From an uncultured Atopobiaceae bacterium (lineage in GTDB: Bacteria > Actinomycetota > Coriobacteriia > Coriobacteriales > Atopobiaceae), in contig CAAGLU010000323.1 in NCBI GenBank assembly GCA_900770865.1, positions 1 through 41,998 on the forward strand: 41,998 bases of DNA, written 5' to 3'. A program made the translations under genes and the position numbers. The notes beneath the pieces were generated by a model. The model was not told the DNA's origin. It worked only from the letters and a program-made list of their open reading frames with translations, and made no database searches. Shown here one piece after another: positions 16,734 to 25,072 of this stretch (positions are counted from its first letter, which is position 1; each line of letters begins with the position of its first letter).

Positions 16734-16865
16734 CTACCGCCTCCTTAGATGCTTTGGCTTGTATCTCCGGGCATCTTTGGGGGCTTTTTTCGCCCAGGCC
16801 TCAACGAGCGAGGCGAGGACGGTAGCCGCTGCGCCGATTAGCGCAGCCGCGATTTGGTCAGGCAT
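16734..16865 (-). CDS. 43-aa TM peptide with basic tail, type I toxin-like (MPDQIAAALIGAAATVLASLVEAWAKKAPKDARRYKPKHLRRR)
   Basis: Manual translation; GGGAGGTGA RBS; one hydrophobic helix plus a K/R-rich tail; hairpin after the stop. Not in the ORF track. Confidence 0.65.
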   Translation of the reverse strand: MPDQIAAALIGAAATVLASLVEAWAKKAPKDARRYKPKHLRRR

Positions 16866-17088
16866 GGTTCATCACCTCCCAGTGTTCGGCTGGTCGGCGG
16901 ATGCCGACCGATTGACGCGCTCTCTCAAGTGCGCCAGTCGGTGGGTATCCCTTGCCTTGCCTCTCAGCGTTCCGGGGTTCGTACCGGCCAAGCCCTCATC
17001 TGGAATTCAACTTTGGGCATCCGCTGGGTCCTTGTCGTTCCCCCGGGACCTCGGGTTGGTGCTTAGCAACTGGTTGGTTGCTATGGCT

Positions 17089-17200
17089 AATATAGCCACC
17101 GATTAGTGACTTACTAGCGACAAACTCAAACAATTAGTTTCTACACAATTCCTACACAAACAAATGGTTGGCAAACGCTTGTTGTATAATGTCGCTAGTA
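17089..17200. promoter_or_regulatory. Divergent promoter region with inverted TACTAGCGACA operator-like sites
   Basis: TATAAT at 17185-17190 (+) and TATATT at 17094-17089 (-). TACTAGCGACA at 17112-17122 with its reverse complement at 17190-17200, and a CTACACAA direct repeat between them. Confidence 0.7.
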
Positions 17201-17233
17201 AATACCTGCGCAAACGATGAGAGAGGGGAATAC

Positions 17234-17479
17234 ATGGACACTAACGCGTGTGTGCGGCACATGCTAGATAAGGCGGGTATGTCTCCGTATGCCGCAAGCC
17301 TGGCCATGGGCAGGGCGCATAGCTACATGGGGCAAGCGCTTAAGCGCAAGGGCGGCATAGGCGCGCCGGTGCTTGCTGAGATAGCCCAGGCGTTAGGGTA
17401 TGAGCTGTTGCTGGTGGGGCGAGGCGAGACGCTGCACATAGATCCAGCGACCGAGACCGAGGGCAAGCCCGAGGACTAA
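17234..17479 (+). CDS. Small XRE-like HTH regulator
   Basis: VRHMLDKAGMSPYAASLAMGRAHSYM...VLAEIAQALGYELLL; GAGGGG RBS; divergent from the accessory operon. Confidence 0.8.
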   Translation: MDTNACVRHMLDKAGMSPYAASLAMGRAHSYMGQALKRKGGIGAPVLAEIAQALGYELLLVGRGETLHIDPATETEGKPED

Positions 17480-17665
17480 GCGCACAAAGCACTACTAGCG
17501 ACAATGGCCGCGCCCCACGCCAGGAGCGCGGCCCTATTTGTGCCTATCGACATAACAGCGTGACATAGTGCGGCGATACCCCGCTGCACCTGCGAAAACA
17601 GCGAACGCAACAGCGCTACGCCACAGAGAGAACGGAACAGCGCTATCAACAAAACAGCAGGTAGA

Positions 17666-17760
17666 TAGGGCAGTGGGGAGGGGGTTAAATCACGAAACAC
17701 AAAACGGCCCTACCCAGCGGCGACCCTGATTTTTACACGCGACCGAAATTGGCGTTCTGG
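17666..17760. other. Putative cos/packaging initiation region
   Basis: Non-coding GGGGAGGGGGTTAAATC...CCCAGCGGCGACCC...TTTTTACACGCG..CGAAATT layout resembling cos regions upstream of P27-type terminases. The exact cut site cannot be determined from sequence. Confidence 0.5.
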
Positions 17761-17780
17761 CCGTAACAGGGTCTCGGTTA

Positions 17781-17802
17781 CGGGGGACAGCGGCCCGAGA
17801 AT
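17781..17802 (+). promoter_or_regulatory. Late-promoter-like motif, copy 1 (CGGGGGAC-N8-GAGAAT)
   Basis: One of five equally spaced copies; upstream of the packaging genes. Confidence 0.6.
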
Positions 17803-17815
17803 CCCCAAAAAGGAT

Positions 17816-18199
17816 GTGGAAGGCCGGGAGATGTACAAGTTCACCTGCAAATACTGCGGAAAGACGTTCTTTGCCAAGAACTCGACCGCAAGGTACTGCT
17901 CCGCCAAGTGCCGCGTGTACGCCAAGCGTGCAAGGGACGGCAGGACCGACTGCAGGCGCGCTGCGGCCACCGAGCGTGGCGGAGAAGGCGGGACGAGCGC
18001 TGCCGTCGCGGCGAACTACGTCGTTCCGGTCAACCACCAGACGTTCTCAGAGGCTTCGATAGCACGCGAGGTGGCGAGTGCGCACGGCATGGTGTCGTTC
18101 TTCGACACCGCTTCACAGAAAGGCCCCGAGGGCACACGCGAGGCGTGCGGGCACATCGCCCGTGGGTTCCAGTCGACCCTTGAGGAGATTGGCCTATGA
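17816..18199 (+). CDS. Zn-finger protein upstream of terS
   Basis: FTCKYCGKTFFAKNSTARYCSAKCRVYAKRAR. Start may be ATG 17831. ATGA overlap with terS. Confidence 0.75.
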   Translation: MEGREMYKFTCKYCGKTFFAKNSTARYCSAKCRVYAKRARDGRTDCRRAAATERGGEGGTSAAVAANYVVPVNHQTFSEASIAREVASAHGMVSFFDTASQKGPEGTREACGHIARGFQSTLEEIGL

Positions 18200-18693
18200 G
18201 CAGGGGCCGCAAGCAGAACGCGCTCGCGCAGCGCAGGGAGAGGGACCACGTAGACGTGACCGCCACGGTCCTCGAAGGCGCTGGGCACTTGGAGAAGCCC
18301 GTCTCCGTCACCTCCGTGCCGAGGCTCAGCCGCATCTGGGACGAGACGCTTGGCACCGGCATGGCGTTCAGGCCGGAGGACGCGCCGCTCTTGGAGCAGC
18401 TGGTGTTCGACCTCGCGCTAGCGGAGGAGTGCCGCGCCAACATGATTGACGAGGACGGCAACCCGACACCACTGCTCAAGGCCGAGGACGAGTACGGCAA
18501 CGTGCACATGGTTGACAACCCATACTTCAAGAAGATGCGCGAGGTGGCAAACGACACACTCAAGCTCGCGAACGACCTCGGACTCACGCCCGTGGCAAGG
18601 GCGCGTCTCGGACTCACCCAGGCGAGCGCGAACGCGGTGAACCTGTCAATCCAGGAGACCATCCTGCGGGCCATGGAGCGCGAAGGTGTATAG
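18196..18693 (+). CDS. terS: Terminase small subunit, P27 family
   Basis: NPYFKKMREVANDTLKLANDLGLTPVARARL signature; directly before terL. Confidence 0.88.
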   Translation: MSRGRKQNALAQRRERDHVDVTATVLEGAGHLEKPVSVTSVPRLSRIWDETLGTGMAFRPEDAPLLEQLVFDLALAEECRANMIDEDGNPTPLLKAEDEYGNVHMVDNPYFKKMREVANDTLKLANDLGLTPVARARLGLTQASANAVNLSIQETILRAMEREGV

Positions 18694-20161
18694 GACTCCC
18701 ATACACCGATACTCCAAGCACGGCCTGCGCGAGGCGAAGGCGCGGCAGATATTCTGCGAGGCATTCCTGACACACGCGGGCAACGACGAGTACGCCGGAA
18801 CGCCGATACGCATAGACCCGTGGAAGAAGAGGAACATCTGGGACCCGCTGTTCGCCACCGGCACGTGGGACAGGAAGAGCGGCAGGTTCAAGAGGAAGTA
18901 CCGACGCGCACTCATCGGAGTCCACCGCACATACGGCAAGTCGGAGCTTGCGGCCTCGATAGTCCTCACCGAGGCCACGATGAACCCGGTCCCGAACGGC
19001 GAGTACGGCATCGTGGCCGACACGAAGGAGAACACCAAGAAGGTACGCGACTACATCTCAATCATGATTCGCAACAACCCGCAACTCTCGCGGGTGTGGC
19101 GCGTGAACCGCGACTCGATAGTCAACAAGGAGACCGGCCAGCAGATTTGGGTCTACCCGTACAAGGAGGCCGCCCTGCAGGGCAAGCACTTCAACGTGCT
19201 GGTGTGCGACGAGATTCACGTGTGGCGCGACGATGCAATCTGGAAGGCCGGAGTCTCGGGCCAGGGCAAGATTTGGAACGCGCTCACCATCGGCATCACC
19301 ACCGCTGGCGCGTCCAGGGACGGGTTCCTGTTCAAGCTGTATAAGAAGCTCAAGAGGGACCCGCATGCGTTCGTGTGCTGGCTGGGAATCAACGACTCCC
19401 AGGATGTTGCGGACCGCAGCGCGTGGCGCGACATCGTCAAGGCCGGTCGCGTCACCATGGACGAGCTTGAGGAGCAGTACGAGGCCCTTGGCGAGAAGTC
19501 CTTCGAGCGCTACTGGCTGAACCGCACGCCCATGGACGAGCAGGCCGAGCCGTTCATGCACCGAGAGGACGTAGAGGCGTGCCAGAGGAAGACGCTCGCG
19601 ATAGACCGCAGCAGGTGGTTCACGTTCGCCCTCGACGGAGCCGTTCGAGGTGACACGCTCGCGCTCGTTGCCGCCCAGCGCCAGGGCGAGGAGTGGGCGC
19701 TTGAGGAGTGGTGCTGGGAGAAGCCCGGCCCCATGGGCACATACGACCTCATGGAGGTTGCCGACGTGATACGCCAGCTATCCATGTGCCCCGGCAACCC
19801 GTTCGGCGGCTGCGACCCGGCAAGGATGCAGTTCCTCACGAACTGGCTCGATCGCGAGTGCGGCATAGACGTCTCAGAAATCTCGCAGACGCCATCAATC
19901 ATGTGCCCCGCATCGGAGCTGCTTGCGAGGAGCGTGGAGACCCACAAGGCCGCACTCGCCGGAACGCCGGTGCTCGCGCAGCACTGCATCAACGCCGTTG
20001 CCGCCGAGTCGAAGGCTTACGGCAGACGCCTCGCGTCCGAGAAGGACAGGCACGGACAGGGAACCAAGCGAATAGACGCTGCGGTGGCCGCCGCCATGGC
20101 GATGTGGGCATACGACAACAACGAGGATGACGCCCCGAGCGTCTGGACCATCGACCTCTGA
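18686..20161 (+). CDS. terL: Terminase large subunit
   Basis: Walker A HRTYGKS, Walker B VLVCDE, ITTAG coupling motif, nuclease motifs FALD, DPAR and KRIDAAVA. Confidence 0.93.
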   Translation: MYRTPIHRYSKHGLREAKARQIFCEAFLTHAGNDEYAGTPIRIDPWKKRNIWDPLFATGTWDRKSGRFKRKYRRALIGVHRTYGKSELAASIVLTEATMNPVPNGEYGIVADTKENTKKVRDYISIMIRNNPQLSRVWRVNRDSIVNKETGQQIWVYPYKEAALQGKHFNVLVCDEIHVWRDDAIWKAGVSGQGKIWNALTIGITTAGASRDGFLFKLYKKLKRDPHAFVCWLGINDSQDVADRSAWRDIVKAGRVTMDELEEQYEALGEKSFERYWLNRTPMDEQAEPFMHREDVEACQRKTLAIDRSRWFTFALDGAVRGDTLALVAAQRQGEEWALEEWCWEKPGPMGTYDLMEVADVIRQLSMCPGNPFGGCDPARMQFLTNWLDRECGIDVSEISQTPSIMCPASELLARSVETHKAALAGTPVLAQHCINAVAAESKAYGRRLASEKDRHGQGTKRIDAAVAAAMAMWAYDNNEDDAPSVWTIDL

Positions 20162-20272
20162 CGGGGGACTCTGCGTGGATGATGCGGGTGGCTTGGTAAC
20201 CCCTCCGCCAAGCCACGGGGCCTGCTCCCCCGCTGCCCGCCATGGGGCGGCGGGGGACACCGGCATGAACAT
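20162..20272 (+). promoter_or_regulatory. Late-promoter-like motif, copies 2 and 3 (20162-20183, 20251-20272), upstream of portal
   Basis: CGGGGGAC-TCTGCGTG-GATGAT and CGGGGGAC-ACCGGCAT-GAACAT. Confidence 0.6.
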
Positions 20273-20308
20273 CCAATCGGTGGTTTCTCCGATTCGAGGA
20301 GTGTGCCG

Positions 20309-21862
20309 ATGGGGCGATTCTCCAATTTAGTTGGGCGCGTGCTCGCCCGTGCCGCAGACATGTTCATTCCGGGTACGTGGGACTTCTACACGTACACGCA
20401 CCCTGACGGCACCACCGAGACCATCGAGCGCGAGCCTGCCGCGAACGCCTACTACTCGAACGCGTTCAGGGCGTGCCTGCTCGCGAAGGCCAGGCCGCTC
20501 GCGTCGCTGCCAATACACGTCTACCAGCGCAAGAACGGCCTGAGACTTGAGGCATCGCACCGGTTCTCGAAGAGGCTCGGAACGCTCCTGCGCACGCGCT
20601 GGAACCCGTTCATGACCTCATCTGAGGGAATCCGCTGGACGATGATGACCAAGGACGTGCGGGGAGAGGCGTTCCTCAGGGTCGAGTTCGACGGGGATGG
20701 CATGCCCGTCGCGATATGGCCGCTCTCCGGAATCCCCACGGTCGAGGTCGCGAACGGGAGCGCCGTCTTCCGCTACCAGGGTGACAAGTTCACCAAGGCC
20801 GGGGTCTACCTGCAGGACGAGATTGTGTGGGTCAAGTCTCCCGTGCTCGACTCCGACTGCCTGCACGGCGTGTCGCTCGCGAGGGTTGCCGCGAACGAGC
20901 TGAACCTCTCGATAAACCTTGAGGAGTTCTACAGGAACGTGCTCAACGGTGACGCCACGTTCGCCGGGTGGCTTGAGACCGACCAGAAGCTTCAGCCGCA
21001 GGACGTTGACCAGCTCAAGCAGCAGCTGAGCGACGGCGGAGGCGTCGTGAACGCGGGCAGGGTGCGCGTGTTCGACAAGGGCCTCTCGTACAAGACCAAC
21101 GGCCAGTCCATGGTGGACATGAGCCTTGTCGAGCAGGAGCGCTGGATTCTGCAGCAGACGTGCCGCACGCTCTCCGTGCCGCCCCAGGAGGTGTTCGACC
21201 TCTCCAACGCAACCTACTCGAACATCGAGCAGGGCGCGATAAACTTCGCGAACAAGACGCTCGTCCCAGAGTGCAAGGCGCTAGAGGAGGCGTTCTCCGG
21301 AATCATTTGGGCAGCCGGATACGCCAACGACTACGTACAGTTCGACCTGAACGGCCTCCTGCGCGGCTCCTACAAGGAGCGCATGGACGGCTACCGAATC
21401 GCAATCTACGCGGGAATCTACTGTCCCAACGACGTGCTCGCCAAGGAGGACATGCCACCGTACGAGGGAGGCCAGTACCACCTGCGCTCGACCGCGTACC
21501 TCGCGATAGACCCGGAGACGGGCGAGGCCGTGCAGCAGCAGGCGTCATCGCAGCCCAGCGGCCCACTGCAGCAGGGGCCTGACCCAGACCCATCAGAGGG
21601 AAGCCCAGGCGGCTCGGGAGAGGGCGAGAGGGATGACGGGCACGGTGACGGCACCGAGGACCCGGACGCCAAGGGCACGGCGCTCGCCGTAATCCACGCC
21701 GACATGGCACGGAGGATTCGAGACCGATACGAGAGCGCCGGTGACACCGAGCGCTTCCGCGAGTTCGCCAGGAAGGTGCTCACGCCGCTATCAGCAGCGT
21801 ACGAGGTAGATGGCATCGAGTACGACATGGCATCAGACATCGAGGAGATTATCAATGGTTGA
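20309..21862 (+). CDS. Portal protein, HK97 family
   Basis: ASLPIHVYQR, RWNPFMTS, GEAFLRVE, NATYSNIEQ, FDLNGLLRG, EDMPPYEGG; low-complexity C-terminal extension. Confidence 0.93.
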   Translation: MGRFSNLVGRVLARAADMFIPGTWDFYTYTHPDGTTETIEREPAANAYYSNAFRACLLAKARPLASLPIHVYQRKNGLRLEASHRFSKRLGTLLRTRWNPFMTSSEGIRWTMMTKDVRGEAFLRVEFDGDGMPVAIWPLSGIPTVEVANGSAVFRYQGDKFTKAGVYLQDEIVWVKSPVLDSDCLHGVSLARVAANELNLSINLEEFYRNVLNGDATFAGWLETDQKLQPQDVDQLKQQLSDGGGVVNAGRVRVFDKGLSYKTNGQSMVDMSLVEQERWILQQTCRTLSVPPQEVFDLSNATYSNIEQGAINFANKTLVPECKALEEAFSGIIWAAGYANDYVQFDLNGLLRGSYKERMDGYRIAIYAGIYCPNDVLAKEDMPPYEGGQYHLRSTAYLAIDPETGEAVQQQASSQPSGPLQQGPDPDPSEGSPGGSGEGERDDGHGDGTEDPDAKGTALAVIHADMARRIRDRYESAGDTERFREFARKVLTPLSAAYEVDGIEYDMASDIEEIING

Positions 21863-22565
21863 CATCTACGTGTACGGTGACATCGGCGAGTCATTCTGGG
21901 GAGACGAGACGAGCGTGAGCGCGTCCGACTTCGCAAGGGCGCTCAGGGACGCGGACGGCGATGACGTGACAATCCACGTCAACAGCGTCGGCGGCAACGT
22001 GTTCGACGCCAACACCATGAGCGAGCTTGTGCGCTCGTACAAGGGCGGGACCACCACGTCAATCGAGGGCATCGCCGCGAGCGCCGCCAGCTTCTTCGCC
22101 CTCACCGCAGACAGCGTGGTCATGAACCCGTCTGCTCTCCTCATGATTCACAACCCGTACACCAGCTGCTACGGAAACGCCGACGAGATGCGCAAGACCG
22201 CAGACATGCTGGACAAGGTGCGCTCCACAATCACAGGCCAGTACGTGCGCAAGACCGGCATGGAAGAGTCAGAGATAGAGAAGATGATGGACGCAGAGAC
22301 GTGGCTCGACGCAACAGAGGCCCTTGACCTCGGGTTCGTCGACTCCATCTCGGACGCCGCTCCCGTCGCGGCACGCCTCACCAAGGAGGCGATGGACCGC
22401 TTCAAGTCGGCGCCCGACTCGCTCAGGGCGCAGCTCCTGGGTGCGGGGGACACCGGCGCGAGCATCGACCCAAGCGAACCCAAGGCCAAGGCGCAGGGCA
22501 CCGAGGCCGGGGCGGAGGCCGCTCCGAGGGTCGTGTGCATCAACGGTACGTTCCTCAAACTCTAA
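21855..22565 (+). CDS. ClpP-like prohead maturation protease
   Basis: IYVYGDIG, IHVNSVGG, GIAASAAS (Ser), LMIHNP (His), MMDAETWL. Confidence 0.92.
   Translation: MVDIYVYGDIGESFWGDETSVSASDFARALRDADGDDVTIHVNSVGGNVFDANTMSELVRSYKGGTTTSIEGIAASAASFFALTADSVVMNPSALLMIHNPYTSCYGNADEMRKTADMLDKVRSTITGQYVRKTGMEESEIEKMMDAETWLDATEALDLGFVDSISDAAPVAARLTKEAMDRFKSAPDSLRAQLLGAGDTGASIDPSEPKAKAQGTEAGAEAAPRVVCINGTFLKL
22444..22465 (+). promoter_or_regulatory. Late-promoter-like motif, copy 4, inside the protease 3' end and upstream of the capsid gene
   Basis: CGGGGGAC-ACCGGCGC-GAGCAT, 112 bp before the capsid ATG. Confidence 0.55.
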
Positions 22566-22576
22566 GGAGAGCGGCA

Positions 22577-23785
22577 ATGAAGTCTTCCATCCAAATCCGG
22601 AACGAGGTCAAGGACCTTGACGAGCGAATCGCCAAGGCGAGCGCCGAGTTCGCCAGCGCCGAGGGTGACGCCAAGGACGCCCTGCGCGACCAAATCAACG
22701 ACTACAAGGGCCAGCAGCGCGCGCTGAACGACATGCTGGACGATGTCCTCGCCGAGGAGGACAGGATTCGTCGCGGTGGCGGCGTGCCCCTCGCTGCCCC
22801 CGCAGCCGAACCCAAGGCCAAGGCGCCCAAGTCCGTCGTTGACTACCTCATGGGTCCGCGCGACGAGTTCAAGGGCCTCGGGTTACACGACACCCTGACG
22901 TTCAACGTCAAGGACGCCTACACGGACTTCGGACTCCCTGGCGTCCAGCAGATTGACTACGACCTGCCCCGCCAGACCAGCGACGCGCTGCCCAACTTCG
23001 GGTTCATCGACTCCCTTCCCACCGGCACGACTCAGGCCGACATCCTGACCTACTTCGAGAAGAACGAGGAGAAGTACAAGAACGCCGCAGCCGTCTGGAC
23101 CCCCGGCCACGAGAAGCCCTCCTCGGCCATGGGCTGGAAGCCGACAAGCGCGTACATCGAGACCGTAGCCCACCTCATGCCAGTCCTCGAACAGCAGCTC
23201 AAGGACTACGGCCAGCTCAAGTCCCTCATCCAGATTGAGCTTCTGTACGGCCTCCGCATGGCGCTCTCCGAGAAGGTCCTCACCGGAAACGACGAGAACG
23301 GCATCAAGGGCGTGCTCAAGAACGAGGGCATCCAGAAGTACAAGACAATCGCCGGTGACACCATCGCCGATTCCGTCTACCGCATGAGCACGGACGTGTT
23401 TCTCGGTACGGGCTTCCGTCCGACGCACGTTGCCGTGCACCCGTACGTTGCCGAGAACCTTGCCCTGCAGAAGGACAAGCAGGGCCGCTACATGAACGTC
23501 ATGGTCAACGGGAAGCTCTGGGCGCTCACGGTCGTAGAGGACCAGCACCTCACCGAGACCACCGGAGCAGACTCAACCGCGAAGACCACCTACGGCCTCA
23601 TCACATACTGGAACCAGGCCGCGACCGTCTTTACCAAGGAGACCGACTCCATCACCATCGGCCTCGTCGGAGACCAGTTCGCCTACAACGAGGCCACCAT
23701 CCGCGCCGAGGGACGCCACGGCCTCAAGGTGACCTACCCCAAGGCGTTCTCCTACCTCTCCGACACCGGGGTCACCGGGAGGTAG
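22577..23785 (+). CDS. Major capsid protein (HK97 fold with N-terminal delta domain)
   Basis: Coiled-coil N-terminus, EKPSS, ETVAHLMPV, VLTGND..IKGVL, TIRAEGRHGLKVTYPKAF; follows the protease. Confidence 0.92.
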   Translation: MKSSIQIRNEVKDLDERIAKASAEFASAEGDAKDALRDQINDYKGQQRALNDMLDDVLAEEDRIRRGGGVPLAAPAAEPKAKAPKSVVDYLMGPRDEFKGLGLHDTLTFNVKDAYTDFGLPGVQQIDYDLPRQTSDALPNFGFIDSLPTGTTQADILTYFEKNEEKYKNAAAVWTPGHEKPSSAMGWKPTSAYIETVAHLMPVLEQQLKDYGQLKSLIQIELLYGLRMALSEKVLTGNDENGIKGVLKNEGIQKYKTIAGDTIADSVYRMSTDVFLGTGFRPTHVAVHPYVAENLALQKDKQGRYMNVMVNGKLWALTVVEDQHLTETTGADSTAKTTYGLITYWNQAATVFTKETDSITIGLVGDQFAYNEATIRAEGRHGLKVTYPKAFSYLSDTGVTGR

Positions 23786-23790
23786 CGGGC

Positions 23791-24588
23791 ATGCCCACCC
23801 TGACGCCCAACACACGCACCAGGGCCTCGCTCTCCGAGCTTGGCACGCTCTCGCTTGAGGGCGCGCCAAGCTCTGCCACCGTCACGCGCCTCTCTGACGG
23901 GGCCTCGGAGAAGTGGGTCCCAGGGACGGCACCGGCGCTCTCGTCGTGCCCGGAGCTGCTCGTGGCCGAGTGGGCGATGTCCGGCGTGCCCGTGAGCGCC
24001 GAGGTCGACGTTGTTGCCACGCGCTACTGCACGCTCGACGAGGTGCGCGCCTACAGGGCGAGCGAGTACGACCTGTCCGGCAGGCCTGACGATGAGGTGT
24101 GGACGGCGCGCCAGCACGCCGAGGAGGTAATCGAGCGCGCTGCGCACCGCCTCTTCCAGCCAGTAATGCGCATGGGCTTCGTGGACCGCCCGAACTGCAC
24201 CACAGCGTCTCAGCCGCTCGTGTCCGGCGCCGTCCCCAGGGACATAGCCGGGGTGGCGCGCGCATGGGACGCGAGCGGCAACCCCGTGAGCGTCGGCGTG
24301 TCCGGCCAGGTGGCGCTCGACGTGTCGGCAATCAGGCCGCACGGCGCGGCGAACGTCGCGCTCGTCATGGGCATGGCACAGACGCCCGTCGAGATGCACG
24401 ACGCGGTGGTTGCCCTCGCCGCATGGTACCTGGTGCCGAAGGCTGGGCCTGACAACGCCACGTCCGAGTCCACGGACTCTGGCGTGCTCAGGTTCGTAAT
24501 CGGAGGCGTTGACGGCGCGCCTACGTCCCTCCCTGAGGTCAACGCGCTCGTCCAGCGCTACGGCTTCCGCGACCTCCTGGTGGGGTGA
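23791..24588 (+). CDS. Head-tail connector/adaptor protein
   Basis: YCTLDEVRAY...AEEVIER...PTSLPEVNALVQRY; follows the capsid gene. Confidence 0.7.
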   Translation: MPTLTPNTRTRASLSELGTLSLEGAPSSATVTRLSDGASEKWVPGTAPALSSCPELLVAEWAMSGVPVSAEVDVVATRYCTLDEVRAYRASEYDLSGRPDDEVWTARQHAEEVIERAAHRLFQPVMRMGFVDRPNCTTASQPLVSGAVPRDIAGVARAWDASGNPVSVGVSGQVALDVSAIRPHGAANVALVMGMAQTPVEMHDAVVALAAWYLVPKAGPDNATSESTDSGVLRFVIGGVDGAPTSLPEVNALVQRYGFRDLLVG

Positions 24589-25061
24589 CGCCGATGGAAC
24601 GGGAAAACGTCTTCTCCGCCTGCATCGAGTACGTCAAGGGCCTCTCCGACAAGGCCCTCTCCGGCGAGCCTGTCTTCGTGTCAGTCGGAGGCTCCACGTC
24701 GCAGAGGCCAGCGGAGTTCCTCGTGCGCGAGGTGGTGCAGAACGTCTCGTTCTCCGACACCGTCACGTCCGCCATGGGCGGCATGCGCGCGTCCGGGCAC
24801 TACCGCGTGGAGTTCTCGGTGGCCTGCGAGGCCTGGGCGCAGAAGTCATCGCTCGTCGAGGCGTCCACCCTCGTCCAGTCGTGGGTGCTCGCCCTGTTCC
24901 GCCAGGTCGCGGCAGACAAGACGCTCGGCGGACTCTGCATCCACGCAGAGCCGTACGTCGAGAGCGCCGGGACCGCCCTTGAGAAGGGCACCAAGCTGTA
25001 CACCGCCGCGTTCGACTTCGGCGTTCGCGTAAAGGCCGAGATAGAACCGGCAACCGTCTAA
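24585..25061 (+). CDS. Putative tail terminator/completion protein
   Basis: Size, position before the tail tube and a DKTLGG motif. Confidence 0.6.
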   Translation: MTPMERENVFSACIEYVKGLSDKALSGEPVFVSVGGSTSQRPAEFLVREVVQNVSFSDTVTSAMGGMRASGHYRVEFSVACEAWAQKSSLVEASTLVQSWVLALFRQVAADKTLGGLCIHAEPYVESAGTALEKGTKLYTAAFDFGVRVKAEIEPATV

Positions 25062-25072
25062 GGAGACAAACC

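Noticed and set aside
16975..17005. Hammerhead-like ribozyme in the accessory-operon leader (minus strand CAGATGAG...CGAAC)
   Set aside because: The core deviates from CUGANGA...GAAA and I could not build the three required stems.
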